A stretch of DNA of 64,000 nt from Firmicutes bacterium CAG:345 (lineage in GTDB: Bacteria > Bacillota_I > Bacilli_A > RFN20 > CAG-288). The notes under the pieces were generated by a model. The model was not told the DNA's origin. It did not search any database and saw only the letters and a program-made list of their open reading frames with translations. The position numbers were made by a program, and so were the translations under genes. Shown here one piece after another: positions 36,103 to 49,121 of this stretch (the stretch's first letter is position 1; each line of letters opens with the position of its first letter). The DNA is taken from contig FR893375.1 of the NCBI GenBank assembly GCA_000433315.1, positions 10,718 to 74,717 of the forward strand, written 5' to 3'.

Positions 36103-36783
36103 ATGATAAACGATATATTCCAAAATTTAGATAATAGTTATCAAGACTTGGAATTATCACCAGAATTTAAAGAAAATTTAAATAAAACGGTTCTTAAAGC
36201 ATATGCAGAAAGAACCGTTTTTCCTTCCATAGAAAATTTATTTAAAGCTTTAAATTTAACACCTTTAAACAAAGTAAAAGTTGTTATCTTAGGCCAAGAC
36301 CCCTATCAAACTAAAGGTTTTGCTTCTGGACTAGCTTTTGGTGTAAATCCTGGTGTAAAAATTCCAAAAAGTCTCAAAAATATTTTGATCGAATTAAATA
36401 ATGACTTAAATTTATCAATTGATACATCAATAGGACATTCATTAAAAGGATGGGCTGAACAAGGAGTACTATTGCTGAACACTATTTTAACAGTTGAAGA
36501 AGGAATATCTTTATCTCATAAAGATTTTAAATGGCAAGATTTCACAGATGCAATCATAAAAAAAATAAATGGTCTAAATCACAAGGTAGTATTTATTTTA
36601 TGGGGGAAAAACGCTCAAGAAAAGGAAAAAATTATCAATTCTAAAAATATCATAATAAAAAGTGCACACCCTTCTCCACTTTCTGCACATAATGGTTTTT
36701 TCGGTAGTCATCCATTTTCTAAAACAAATAAAATACTTCTAGAAAATAAATTAACTCCTATCGATTGGTCAAAAATCGATTGA
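36103..36783 (+). CDS. ung: Uracil-DNA glycosylase.
   Basis: VVILGQDPYQ, GLAFGV, LLLNTILTVEEG, HPSPLSA motifs. Start at MINDIF (227 aa). Confidence 0.9.
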   Translation: MINDIFQNLDNSYQDLELSPEFKENLNKTVLKAYAERTVFPSIENLFKALNLTPLNKVKVVILGQDPYQTKGFASGLAFGVNPGVKIPKSLKNILIELNNDLNLSIDTSIGHSLKGWAEQGVLLLNTILTVEEGISLSHKDFKWQDFTDAIIKKINGLNHKVVFILWGKNAQEKEKIINSKNIIIKSAHPSPLSAHNGFFGSHPFSKTNKILLENKLTPIDWSKID

Positions 36784-39493
36784 TTTTTTCCTTGATACTA
36801 TATTTTTTATTACCTGTTTCTAAAACATCAGTTATTTTCATATCTATGAATGGAAAACATGAAAAGCTTATAAAAAAGCTTAAAAGAAGAGTCAATAATG
36901 AAGAAATAATACCCGCTTTATAATCTGTATTGCTCATAACATTAGACAAAATATTTTCCAAAGAAATTTGCATAATATAAACTGTAAAAAAAGAAATAAC
37001 ACCTGGTATTAAAGAATAAAAAACAGCTAAAGCATGATATTCATTTTTTATATCATGCTTTTTTATTCCAAGTAAATTTTTCATCATAATGACATTTTTA
37101 TCCTCTATAACAACTAATAAAATTGAAAAAGCCAATAAAAAGGTAGCTATTAAGCATGATAATCCTGAAAAAAAATAAAGTACATTTTTAATTAAATTTA
37201 TTATCGGCCGTATACTATTTTCAATTTTTTCACCACAAATTTGAAAATAATAATTTGGATAATTCTTTTGAAATTCATTTTTTATATTATTTATATTTGC
37301 ATTTTCATCATAAGTCAAAATTATTTTAGAAATATTGCATGCCTCCTCATTTAATAACTTTGTAATTCCAAAAATGGTCCAGAATTCTGCATTTTGATAA
37401 ATTTTATTTTTTTCATCCATTATAATTTCCGCTACTTCCAAATCTCCAGTTTTAAAAATATGATAGTACTTTTCTTTTTTATAAATTGTTTTAGCTAAAT
37501 AAGCATAATGTATTTTATTTGATAAATTTAAATTTATTCCTAATTTTTTAGCAAGAGATGATGATATTTTTATTCTTCCTTTTAAATCTTCTGAATCAGA
37601 AATAGTTTCTAGCAAAAAATTATTTTTATTAGAACTCGAATAAATATCACCTCCAGCGATATTATCATCTATTTTCATATTTAAAGAAGTCAATATCGGC
37701 GTAGTAGAAATATCATATTTATCAATCAATTTATTGATTTTATCTTTTCCATAAGCAACATAAAAAGGACGATCAAAGCCAGCATAAATTCCTTCATCTC
37801 CATATTGATACATTCCTGTTGTCAATGAATATTTTTGTAATCCTGCCTTACTTTTGCCTATTCTTATAACTTCTTCTAAATCAATTCTCTCACTAGTTCT
37901 TTCATAAAAACATATTCGACAAGGAAATGTTTCATCTAGAATATAAGGATTATAATTTTTAAATCTATTATCATTTAATAATTTAAAAAGAAACTCCTCC
38001 TTTTTATCTTCGCTGATTAAGCAATAACTTTTTCTTTTATATGTCCAAGGATATTTATCTGTGGACTCTAAATTATCACTATAAAGCAATTCCATTTCAT
38101 CAATTAAAAAATGTTTCAAAAAATTTCCACTACAATGAACCAGTGATATATTTTCTCCTAAAAATATTTTTTTAACTCTAATTAAATATTCAAAATGATA
38201 ATTCCATTCAATATTGGAAAACTGAAAATATAAAAATATATTATTATCTTCACAGACATTTTGTATTTTCTTGTTTTTAAAAATATCTTTGTATTGTCTT
38301 TCATTTAAAATCAAGTATATTTCGTCATACTTCATATTATTATCTTTTACAGAAACATTTGCCTCATAAGGTAATTTAAAATTTTTCAAAAGTGATGTAT
38401 CTAATGTCGGAATATTTACTTCCTTATCATTTATCAATAAATTAACTTTGTTCTTATTAGGAAAATTACTTTCAAAATTAATATCAAAATAAAAACCTTT
38501 TTCTAAAATATCATCTTTATATATCCAATATAATTTATCTATTTCTGAATCCAAAATATTTTTCTTTTCATCATTTAAGGAAACGTAGTTTTTCTTCTCG
38601 ACAGAAATAGAATTCTTTACTATATTGCTAGTCAATGACTTTTCAATATCTTTTGATACACCAATAGTTAAAAGATTAGCAATTCCAAAAGTAACTAAAG
38701 CTACTATAATAGTAAGCATAGTACACATCGTTCTAAATTTATTATAAATGATTTTTCGAATACTCTTTTTTGTATACCTTAATTTTATATTTTCTTTTTC
38801 TGAAATTATTAATCTTTTCTTCTCGACAATTTGATTTTCTTTTATTTTAATTGCTTTTCCATCGACAAAATTAATTATTCCAGATTTAGAGCATATTTCA
38901 TCTTTTTGATGAGTTATTACAATGACTAAACTTCTTTGAGCATAATTTTCTAAGATTAAATTTACTTTTTCTCTAAGTTTTTTATTCAAACCATTTAATG
39001 GTTCATCCAAAAAATAAATATAACTCTTTTTTATTAAACATCTTGCAATATTTACTCTCGCTTTTTCCCCTCCAGAAATTTTATTTATAGTCTTATTTCT
39101 TATTTTGAATATTTCTAATTCCTTTAATATTTTATATATTATTTTTCTTCTTTCTTTTTTCTTTTTAATATTGTTTTGCAGAATAAAATCTAAATTGTCA
39201 TAAATAGTTAGTTCTTTTTCCATCTCAGCATTCTGAAACGAAATAGACAATTTATTTTTTCTAATTTCATCTAGTTCTTTCTCATTCATTTTATTAATTT
39301 CTTTTGAAAATAACTTTATTGAACCTTCATATTTTTTTATTTTTCCTAATAAAACATTTAAAAAAGTACTTTTGCCAGAACCTGAATGACCAATTATATA
39401 ATATAATCCTGTATTACTAAATTTCAGATTAACATTATCTAATGCTTTAACACCATTAGAATAAATCACCGTTAAATTTTCACACTCTAACAT
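36758..39493 (-). CDS. Fused ABC transporter: N-terminal ATPase plus a C-terminal MacB/FtsX-type permease with a large extracytoplasmic domain (911 aa).
   Basis: GHSGSGKSTF, ISGGEKARVNIAR, IYFLDEPLNGLN, ITHQ. About 690 aa downstream with a TM, a large loop, and C-terminal FtsX-like TM helices. Confidence 0.75.
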   Translation of the reverse strand: MLECENLTVIYSNGVKALDNVNLKFSNTGLYYIIGHSGSGKSTFLNVLLGKIKKYEGSIKLFSKEINKMNEKELDEIRKNKLSISFQNAEMEKELTIYDNLDFILQNNIKKKKERRKIIYKILKELEIFKIRNKTINKISGGEKARVNIARCLIKKSYIYFLDEPLNGLNKKLREKVNLILENYAQRSLVIVITHQKDEICSKSGIINFVDGKAIKIKENQIVEKKRLIISEKENIKLRYTKKSIRKIIYNKFRTMCTMLTIIVALVTFGIANLLTIGVSKDIEKSLTSNIVKNSISVEKKNYVSLNDEKKNILDSEIDKLYWIYKDDILEKGFYFDINFESNFPNKNKVNLLINDKEVNIPTLDTSLLKNFKLPYEANVSVKDNNMKYDEIYLILNERQYKDIFKNKKIQNVCEDNNIFLYFQFSNIEWNYHFEYLIRVKKIFLGENISLVHCSGNFLKHFLIDEMELLYSDNLESTDKYPWTYKRKSYCLISEDKKEEFLFKLLNDNRFKNYNPYILDETFPCRICFYERTSERIDLEEVIRIGKSKAGLQKYSLTTGMYQYGDEGIYAGFDRPFYVAYGKDKINKLIDKYDISTTPILTSLNMKIDDNIAGGDIYSSSNKNNFLLETISDSEDLKGRIKISSSLAKKLGINLNLSNKIHYAYLAKTIYKKEKYYHIFKTGDLEVAEIIMDEKNKIYQNAEFWTIFGITKLLNEEACNISKIILTYDENANINNIKNEFQKNYPNYYFQICGEKIENSIRPIINLIKNVLYFFSGLSCLIATFLLAFSILLVVIEDKNVIMMKNLLGIKKHDIKNEYHALAVFYSLIPGVISFFTVYIMQISLENILSNVMSNTDYKAGIISSLLTLLLSFFISFSCFPFIDMKITDVLETGNKKYSIKEKINRFLTNR

Positions 39494-41454
39494 ACTTCAT
39501 CCGCCAAACTTAACACTAGATTTTTCTTTTTTAATAAATATAAAACTAATGAAGAAGCTATTAATGATAAAGTAAAAATGACAATTAGCATAATAATATT
39601 ATTAATATTTATAAAAGTAAAATCTAAAAAAGTAATAAATCCATATTTTTTTATCAAACAATTAAATATAACCACTTCTATCAATTTAAAAAGGAAAAAT
39701 AATAAAAAAGAAATAAAAGAGTAAATAAATGATAAAGAATAATAAATCATCTCAAAATTATTTTTCTTAAGATGAAAAGTTATAAACAGAGCTAAAATCT
39801 TTTTTTGTTCTTCGTATATTGTACCTATAGTAAAAAGTTCTAATAAAAAAGCCCCTATGGCAATTAAAATCAAAAAAATTTCCATTATCGAAAGAAAACT
39901 ATTTACAATACTCTCGCTATTTTCAATATAAGATAATGCTGTAGAAGTAACTTCAAATGAATCATTTAAATATTTTTTTAATTCAGTAGGTTCATCAGTT
40001 ACAATTAATGCTTTATAAGACTTTACAAAATCATCTTCTGTAGCATTTTTTATTCTATCGATAATTGTAACTTTCTTTTCAAATATCTCACTTGCATTAA
40101 TTAAATTATAGGTACTTAATTTTCGATACATATTTTCATAAGAATAATAGACTTTTCCACTATTGAGTCCTATTATTTCATCCACTATCCCAACAATAAT
40201 ATAATTTTGATTAAACATCACAGTGTCAAAACATTTTTGACTATTTTTTTCCGAAATAATTTGAACCGCTTTATTAATTTCTATCTTCTTCCCTAACAAT
40301 TCATCTAAATTCATTTTCAATTCAGAAGATAGAACATTATTTACTAAAATTTCATTATCATGGAGAATATTTCTACCACAAAGTAATTTAAAATTATTTT
40401 CTCCTATTATTGGTTCAAAATTAGCATCGATATATTCTGTTTCATCAGAATTTAAAACTTTAATAGTATTTCCTAAAATATAGTCAAAAGAAATATATAG
40501 TTCATATTTTTTCTCCAATTCACTTGGAAAAGTCTTTTTAACTAATGATAAATTGTCATCTAATTTTTCATTTTCAATTTTTGATACATGACAAACATTA
40601 TAATTTGCAAATGATTTTGCTGCATCAAAAAATATATTTCTTGTATTGCTCATAACATCGAGAAATAAGCTCATCATTGAAAAAACTAAAGTTAAAAAGA
40701 ACATTGAAATCAAGCTTCTCCCTAATTTACTTTTCAAAAAAATACATCCAATTTTTAAAGAATACTTTATTTTTATATTTTTTTCTTCAATTTCTTCTTT
40801 AAAAGATATAGATTTCTTTTCAAAATTTTCTTTTTCAAATTTTAATGTCAAATTTTTATTTTCTAATAAATAAACCTTATCTCCATATGCATAGGCAAAA
40901 TTTTCTCTATGCGTAACCATAATGACAAGTATATTTAAAGAGAGTTCCTTAAAAAGGGAAATAAAATACTTGGCATTTTCTTCATCTAAAGAACCCGTAG
41001 GTTCATCTAATAACAAAACATCTGGATTTACTATTAATGCTCTAGCAATTTGAACTCTTGCTAGTTGTCCTCCAGATAATTCATCAATATTTCGATCTTT
41101 CAAATCATAAATTCCAATTTTCTTTAAAATGCACTCGGATTTTTCTGATATTGTTTTTTTATCAATCCCTTTTGCAATTAAAGGAATCTTAATATTATCA
41201 ATAACACTTATATTTTTTATAAAAGTTGGAGATTGAAAAACTAAACTTACAATTACATTTTCCGGCATTATTTGGATTTTTCCCTTTTGCATTTTTATAT
41301 CTTTATCTATTAAATATAAAAGAGTAGATTTTCCAGTTCCAGAACGACCTAAAATAATAACAAACTCTCCTGCTTTTGCACTAAAATTTAAATTTCTAAA
41401 GATAGTTTGTTTATTATAAGAATAGTTTAGATTTCTAATAAAAATAGTTGCCAC
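39487..41454 (-). CDS. Fused ABC transporter: N-terminal ATPase plus a C-terminal membrane domain (655 aa), paralogue of the downstream gene. GTG start.
   Basis: GRSGTGKSTL, LSGGQLARVQIARAL, LLLDEPTGSLD, VTHR. Multiple C-terminal TM helices. The start codon GTG (plus-strand cac 41452..41454) lies inside an inverted repeat. Confidence 0.7.
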   Translation of the reverse strand: MATIFIRNLNYSYNKQTIFRNLNFSAKAGEFVIILGRSGTGKSTLLYLIDKDIKMQKGKIQIMPENVIVSLVFQSPTFIKNISVIDNIKIPLIAKGIDKKTISEKSECILKKIGIYDLKDRNIDELSGGQLARVQIARALIVNPDVLLLDEPTGSLDEENAKYFISLFKELSLNILVIMVTHRENFAYAYGDKVYLLENKNLTLKFEKENFEKKSISFKEEIEEKNIKIKYSLKIGCIFLKSKLGRSLISMFFLTLVFSMMSLFLDVMSNTRNIFFDAAKSFANYNVCHVSKIENEKLDDNLSLVKKTFPSELEKKYELYISFDYILGNTIKVLNSDETEYIDANFEPIIGENNFKLLCGRNILHDNEILVNNVLSSELKMNLDELLGKKIEINKAVQIISEKNSQKCFDTVMFNQNYIIVGIVDEIIGLNSGKVYYSYENMYRKLSTYNLINASEIFEKKVTIIDRIKNATEDDFVKSYKALIVTDEPTELKKYLNDSFEVTSTALSYIENSESIVNSFLSIMEIFLILIAIGAFLLELFTIGTIYEEQKKILALFITFHLKKNNFEMIYYSLSFIYSFISFLLFFLFKLIEVVIFNCLIKKYGFITFLDFTFININNIIMLIVIFTLSLIASSLVLYLLKKKNLVLSLADEVC

Positions 41455-41503
41455 ACTTTATATAAACAATTCTACTTGTTTTTTTGAGTGTGACAACTAT
41501 TTT
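41441..41503 (-). terminator. Long inverted repeat after atpC. Candidate atp operon terminator or translational control element that overlaps the start codon of the next gene.
   Basis: Plus-strand aaaatagttgccacac (41441..41456) is the reverse complement of gtgtgacaactatttt (41488..41503), 15 of 16 matches. A 31-nt loop, followed by UUUUUAUU on the minus-strand mRNA. Confidence 0.45.
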
Positions 41504-41917
41504 AAATTCTTTTTTTTCCTGGATAGTTTAATAAATTTAATTTTGCTCTTTGTTCAGAAATTTCACTTTGTATATCTGAAATACTTCTTCGATTATTTGC
41601 TGATTTTAAACGTTTTTCTGCATTTTCCAATAGTTCAGTAACAACTTTATAATCAATTTGATTTTTATAAAATGTTGCATCAGCAATAATTGTAACAGAA
41701 TCTGTTTTATTCTCTATATTCATTACACCATTTGTAATAACTAAATCATAAATATGCATCGAAGTTGTGTAATGAAAAACAGCAGGAACAAGAGGTGTAA
41801 TTAAATCTTCATGCCCTGGTAAAATTTCTAACCAACCAGTACTGCTTTTGACATTAAGTTTATCTACTCCATCTCTATCAATTACAATTCCTAATGGAGT
41901 AACTACTTGCAAATGCA

Positions 41918-41918
<1 letters not shown>
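41502..41918 (-). CDS. atpC: F0F1 ATP synthase epsilon subunit.
   Basis: 138 aa. Follows atpD with an ATGA overlap. Beta-sandwich plus helical hairpin typical of epsilon. Confidence 0.85.
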
Positions 41919-44213
<2,295 letters not shown>

Positions 44214-44214
44214 A

Positions 44215-45732
44215 TTATTCTTTCTTGCTCAAATATAATTTTTGAAATTCGAGCATTGCTAATTTAAAATCTTCAATTAGTTTATTGTCAAATATCATCT
44301 TTTCTTTTAACCTTAAAACCAATTCTTCATAATTTGTATGAATATACGCTTTCATTTCTTCTAAATAGGTAGAAACTTCATTAATTTCAATAGCATTTAG
44401 ATAGCCATACTTAACATTAAATAATTCAAGAATTTCATCTATTGTTGTCAAAGGATGATATTGAGATTGCTTTAATACTTCCATGCACCTTCTACCATGA
44501 TTTAAAACTTTTTGAGTTTCCGCATCAAGATCCGATCCAAATTGAGCAAAAGCAGCCATATCTTGATAATTAGCTAAATCGATTTTTAATGATCCAGCCA
44601 CTTGTTTCATAGCCTTGGTTTGAACTGCTGATCCAACACGAGAAACTGATAAACCTGAATCGATCGCCGGTCTTTGTCCAGCATTAAATAATTCGCTCAT
44701 CAAAAAGATTTGACCATCAGTAATGGAAATAATATTTGTTGGAATATAAGCAGAAATATCACCTGCTTGTGTCTCAACTATTGGTAAAGCTGTAATAGAA
44801 CCACCACCATGTTCCTTGTTCAATCTACAAGATCTTTCCAAAAGTCTTGAATGTAAATAGAAAACATCGCCAGGATAAGCTTCACGACCAGGAGATCTCT
44901 TCAATAATAAAGATAAAGCACGATAGCTAACAGCATGTTTAGATAAGTCATCATAAACAATTAAGACATCTTTTCCTTGTTCCATAAAATACTCAGCTAT
45001 AGCACAACCTGCATAAGGAGCAATATATAACATAGGAGCTTGTTCAGAAGCAGAAGCAGATAAAACTATTGTATAGTCCATTGCACCTTCTCTTCTAAGT
45101 TTTTCAGTTAATCTGGCAACTGTAGAATTTTTTTGTCCAATAGCAACATAAATACAAATCATATTTTTATTTTTTTGATTTATTATTGTATCTATTGCCA
45201 AAGCAGTTTTTCCAGTTTGTCTATCACCAATAATTAATTCTCTTTGTCCTCTACCGATAGGAATCATAGCATCGATAGCTTTAATTCCTGTTTCTAAAGG
45301 AACATCAACGCTTTTTCTTGTCATGACACCTGGAGCTATTTTTTCAACAGGACGAAATTCTGTAGTTTTAATCTCTCCATTTCCGTCAATCGGTTGTCCT
45401 AAAGCATTTATAACACGTCCAAGAAGAGCCTCACCAACAGGAACTGAAAATACTTGTTTCGTTCTTTTAACAATATCGCCTTCTTTAATAAAATCAGCAT
45501 TACCAAACAAAACAGCACCTACAGAATCCTCATTAAGATTCATAACTAGACCATATACATCATGGGGGAATATAAGTAATTCACCATTCATAGCATTTGA
45601 AAGACCATAAATAGTAGCAATACCATCGCCAAAAGTAACAACAGTTCCTACATCATTATCTTCTAATTTACTATCATAATCGTTGATTTGTGCTTTTATA
45701 AGAGCACTGATTTCTGATGGTTTGATTTCCAT
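44215..45732 (-). CDS. atpA: F0F1 ATP synthase alpha subunit.
   Basis: GDRQTGKT (P-loop), 505 aa. Confidence 0.95.
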   Translation of the reverse strand: MEIKPSEISALIKAQINDYDSKLEDNDVGTVVTFGDGIATIYGLSNAMNGELLIFPHDVYGLVMNLNEDSVGAVLFGNADFIKEGDIVKRTKQVFSVPVGEALLGRVINALGQPIDGNGEIKTTEFRPVEKIAPGVMTRKSVDVPLETGIKAIDAMIPIGRGQRELIIGDRQTGKTALAIDTIINQKNKNMICIYVAIGQKNSTVARLTEKLRREGAMDYTIVLSASASEQAPMLYIAPYAGCAIAEYFMEQGKDVLIVYDDLSKHAVSYRALSLLLKRSPGREAYPGDVFYLHSRLLERSCRLNKEHGGGSITALPIVETQAGDISAYIPTNIISITDGQIFLMSELFNAGQRPAIDSGLSVSRVGSAVQTKAMKQVAGSLKIDLANYQDMAAFAQFGSDLDAETQKVLNHGRRCMEVLKQSQYHPLTTIDEILELFNVKYGYLNAIEINEVSTYLEEMKAYIHTNYEELVLRLKEKMIFDNKLIEDFKLAMLEFQKLYLSKKE

Positions 45733-46275
45733 TTATTCGCCCTCCTCAACTTGTGTTTTTAAAGTATCATTCATAGCAATTAAAGAACTATCAAATAGGC
45801 GATCATCAATAAATATTTTTACACCGCCAATCAAATTCTTTTGCAATATAAATTTTGATTTAACTTCAGCTTTTAACTTTTTACTTATAGCCGAAGTCAA
45901 TTTGTTTTTCATTTCATTTGATAATTCAAAAGCTGTATAACAAATTCCGCATTTAATGCCTTCAATATTATCAGCTTCTTTTACCGTTTCTTCTAAAATA
46001 TCAACTAAATAAAAGCTTCTTTTGTTATCGAGAATGATTTTCAAATAATTACATAATTTATTAGAAATTATTTTTCTATCTTTTAATTCATTTAAAATAT
46101 TAATTTTTTTAAATTTATCAAAAGAAGGTGAAATCAAAAATTTTTTGAAGACAATATCATTATTTAAATATTCTAAAAAATCTTCAATTTCTTTTTTTTC
46201 TTCAGATATATGTTCTCGTTCCATTGCTGTAAAATAAGCTGCAGCATAGCGTGAAGAAGCTTTCAATCTATTCAT
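45733..46275 (-). CDS. atpH: F0F1 ATP synthase delta subunit.
   Basis: 180 aa. Position between atpF and atpA. OSCP-like. Confidence 0.8.
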   Translation of the reverse strand: MNRLKASSRYAAAYFTAMEREHISEEKKEIEDFLEYLNNDIVFKKFLISPSFDKFKKINILNELKDRKIISNKLCNYLKIILDNKRSFYLVDILEETVKEADNIEGIKCGICYTAFELSNEMKNKLTSAISKKLKAEVKSKFILQKNLIGGVKIFIDDRLFDSSLIAMNDTLKTQVEEGE

Positions 46276-46817
46276 TATTTTTCTTCCTCATTTAATGAAT
46301 CAATAAAATTATTTAAAACTTTTTCGTTATCATCTTCATTGATTTCACGTTGCAAAATCTTTTCAGATGCTTGAAAAGCAACATCAATGATTTCTCTTTT
46401 TATATCATCTTTTGCTCTTCTTCGAGATTCTTCAATGTCTTTATCAGCAGCAATTTTTAAATTGCGTACTTCTTCTTTAGTAGCATTGATAATTTTATTC
46501 TTTTCATTTTCTGCAGTTTTTTGTGCTTCAACAATAATATCTTGCGCTTTAATTTTAGCAACTTTAATTTCTTCTTGTGATTTAGAAAGATACTCATTTG
46601 CTGACAATCTTTTTTCTTCAGCTTCCTTAATATTTGCTTCGATATGATCTTGTCTTGTTGTGATTATTTTTCTAACAGGTTTAAACAAAAGTATAAAAAA
46701 CGCTGCAACCAAAACTAACATTGCAATAAATTGCACTAAAAATGGTTGCCAACCACTTGGAAAAAGCTTATCTATAATGTCCTGAGCACCAGGAAATAAA
46801 GATTGTAAAACTAACAT
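46275..46817 (-). CDS. atpF: F0F1 ATP synthase B subunit.
   Basis: A single N-terminal TM followed by a long charged helix. Position in the operon. Confidence 0.8.
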   Translation of the reverse strand: MLVLQSLFPGAQDIIDKLFPSGWQPFLVQFIAMLVLVAAFFILLFKPVRKIITTRQDHIEANIKEAEEKRLSANEYLSKSQEEIKVAKIKAQDIIVEAQKTAENEKNKIINATKEEVRNLKIAADKDIEESRRRAKDDIKREIIDVAFQASEKILQREINEDDNEKVLNNFIDSLNEEEK

Positions 46818-46826
46818 AAGACAATA

Positions 46827-47072
46827 TTACATTACACCGAAAACAATAAGTAAAATAGCAATTAAAAGACCATATAAAGCAGATGTTTCTGTTAATGCAC
46901 AACCAAGAAGCATAGTAGAACGAATTTTCTTATAAGCATCTGGATTACGACCAACAGAACTAACCGCACTAGCTGCACACATACCTTCTGAAATACCAGG
47001 TCCGACAGCAGCAAGAACTGCAATACCAGCACCAATAGCAGCAAGTCCTCTTACCAAACTATTTGCATCCAT
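46827..47072 (-). CDS. atpE: F0F1 ATP synthase C subunit.
   Basis: 81-aa hairpin proteolipid with GLAAIGAGIAVLAAVGPGI. Glu in the second helix. Confidence 0.85.
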   Translation of the reverse strand: MDANSLVRGLAAIGAGIAVLAAVGPGISEGMCAASAVSSVGRNPDAYKKIRSTMLLGCALTETSALYGLLIAILLIVFGVM

Positions 47073-47097
47073 ATATAAACCTCCTTAGATACCATAA

Positions 47098-47838
47098 TTA
47101 ATCTTTTGCAACAACTGCAACTTTTTGTTCCAAATCTTCAGCATCTGGAACCTCATTACTAATAAACAACATTGATAATAATACAAAAACTGTTGTTTGA
47201 ATAAAACCAGAGAATAAATCAAAATACATATGAAGAATCGGAGTAATAAAAGGAGCTATAAAGAAAGACAATCCTCCGAAAATCATAGCGCTTAAGTTCT
47301 CTAATAAAGAATAAACCAAATATAACATAATCCAACCAGCTAAAGCGTTGGCGAATAAACGCAAAGATAAAGATAAAAGTGGAGCAAAAAGAGAGAAAAT
47401 ACCTACAATAGGAATTGGGAAAACAAATTGCTTAAAATATTTCCATTTATTGTAATATAGCGATGTGATATTAATCATTAAAAATGTCACTAATGCTAAC
47501 ATAAATGGAATCCAATAGAAAGTTAAAGGAGAAGGAAGACCAGAAACGCCTATCAAAAATGATCCAAAAATATATGCCGCTAAAAAGCCAAAATATGGAC
47601 TCAAAAATTTAAATTGTTTTCCCATATTTTCTTCAACTAATGAATCTATATATCCAACATAAGTTTCTGCAATAAAAACAATTCCCTTAGGTCTTTTTAA
47701 AGGATCGGTAAAGTGGGCTTTAATTTTAACAACAATGCAAAAAATTAATAATATGCACATAAGAATTATGCTGCTATAAATTTCGCCTGGTAATCCTTCA
47801 GTTGCATGGACCCCTAAACTAAACAATATACTACTCAT
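47098..47838 (-). CDS. atpB: F0F1 ATP synthase A subunit.
   Basis: Polytopic. Conserved LSLSLRLFANALAG motif (essential Arg). Start at MSSILF with RBS aaggatgtggg. Confidence 0.85.
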   Translation of the reverse strand: MSSILFSLGVHATEGLPGEIYSSIILMCILLIFCIVVKIKAHFTDPLKRPKGIVFIAETYVGYIDSLVEENMGKQFKFLSPYFGFLAAYIFGSFLIGVSGLPSPLTFYWIPFMLALVTFLMINITSLYYNKWKYFKQFVFPIPIVGIFSLFAPLLSLSLRLFANALAGWIMLYLVYSLLENLSAMIFGGLSFFIAPFITPILHMYFDLFSGFIQTTVFVLLSMLFISNEVPDAEDLEQKVAVVAKD

Positions 47839-48235
47839 TTCCCACATCCTTGATAAATGGCAAGTATAACCCAATTCTATAAACTATATAAGAAATACCT
47901 ATCGCTATAGGGTTTATAACTCTTATTGAATAGTACCATAAAATTAAAGATAAGGCAATTGGAATTAAAAGAATAATATATCGCACAAAAAAATCAATTC
48001 TAAAAATGCCTTTAGATTTTGTTGCCAAAACCCCATCTACTGATTTTATAAATAAAAAATAATTTAAATTTGCAAAAGGAATAGCAGTCAAAACTCCTAA
48101 TGGCCAATCAATATTCCCATTAAAGAATAAAAAGAATAATGAGAAAAACAAAACAAGCAAAAACAAATTTCCGAGTAAAATCACTCGATATTCACTTTTG
48201 ATGCTATAGAACCAGTTACCAAAACTTTTTGCCAT
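47831..48235 (-). CDS. atpI: ATP synthase protein I-like small membrane protein.
   Basis: 134 aa, 3-4 TM, first gene of the operon. Assigned by position only. Confidence 0.45.
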   Translation of the reverse strand: MAKSFGNWFYSIKSEYRVILLGNLFLLVLFFSLFFLFFNGNIDWPLGVLTAIPFANLNYFLFIKSVDGVLATKSKGIFRIDFFVRYIILLIPIALSLILWYYSIRVINPIAIGISYIVYRIGLYLPFIKDVGNE

Positions 48236-48302
48236 AATTTTATTATACTCAAAAAGTATTTTTCAAAAAGACAAAAAACTGACAAAAATCAATTTATGAC
48301 AA

Positions 48303-49085
48303 TTAAAAATCTAAAGGCAATCGCAAATTCATTGAAGAAAAGCCTAATTCTTTTAATTTTTTCTTAATTCCAATTGGATTAGGGAGATTTGAATATTCAA
48401 AATTCAATTTTGAATCCAAGTTTAAAAAATAGTTTTCTTCAAAAATTGAACAAACAGAAATATGGCCAATCGCTCCATGTTTTAAATATTCTTTAATCTT
48501 TTCATCATTTCCACAATAGACATTAGTAAATTTGGATAATTTTTCTATCTTAAAAAAATCATTATTGCAATCTTTAATTCCATAAAAATTTTTACAATTA
48601 TTGCATATCTTTTTATAGCCATCAATAGAAATTGTACTATTAGTTCTTTTCTTTATATCATAAATAATAAATTGATATTGTTTAAATCTATTAAATATTT
48701 GAACAAAATGTTTTATAATTCCGCTTTCTTTTGGAAGATAATAGCATGGAATACGCAAAAGAATCTTAAAATCTTTAGGTATTTTTAATGATGATATTTT
48801 ATCGATAACTTTTTGCGTACAATCTTCACAGATGCATAGTATTTTTTGAAATTTATATAGTGCTAAAAAATCTATCAAACTCTGAACTTCTTTTTCGGTC
48901 AAACTATCGCCTTCACCAGTACTTCCAGCAATTAAATAACCATCATGATAATGTTCAGTTTTTTTTATTAATTTTTTTAATATATCAAAATCAATTTGAT
49001 TATTATCATCAAAAGGCGTCACCAATGCATTTATTAATTCATATTTCATAATATAAAATATGTTTATAAAAATTAATAAGAACAA
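48303..49085 (-). CDS. Dihydrodipicolinate synthase/N-acetylneuraminate lyase (DapA) family protein, short form.
   Basis: ALVTPFDDNNQIDFDILKKLIK...YLIAGSTGEGDSLTEKE matches the DapA N-terminal motif. YGIKDCNND may hold the Schiff-base Lys. Only about 250 aa. The start may be the internal ATG at 49049. Confidence 0.5.
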   Translation of the reverse strand: MFLLIFINIFYIMKYELINALVTPFDDNNQIDFDILKKLIKKTEHYHDGYLIAGSTGEGDSLTEKEVQSLIDFLALYKFQKILCICEDCTQKVIDKISSLKIPKDFKILLRIPCYYLPKESGIIKHFVQIFNRFKQYQFIIYDIKKRTNSTISIDGYKKICNNCKNFYGIKDCNNDFFKIEKLSKFTNVYCGNDEKIKEYLKHGAIGHISVCSIFEENYFLNLDSKLNFEYSNLPNPIGIKKKLKELGFSSMNLRLPLDF

Positions 49086-49121
49086 ACTAAAAACTATTTT
49101 TCTTAAAATTCAAAAAAACTA

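Noticed and set aside
45323-46647. Several 60–95-aa plus-strand ORFs (45323..45610, 45683..45940, 46387..46647) inside the atp operon.
   Set aside because: They are antisense to the highly conserved atpA, atpH and atpF coding sequences. They have no RBS and low-complexity translations.
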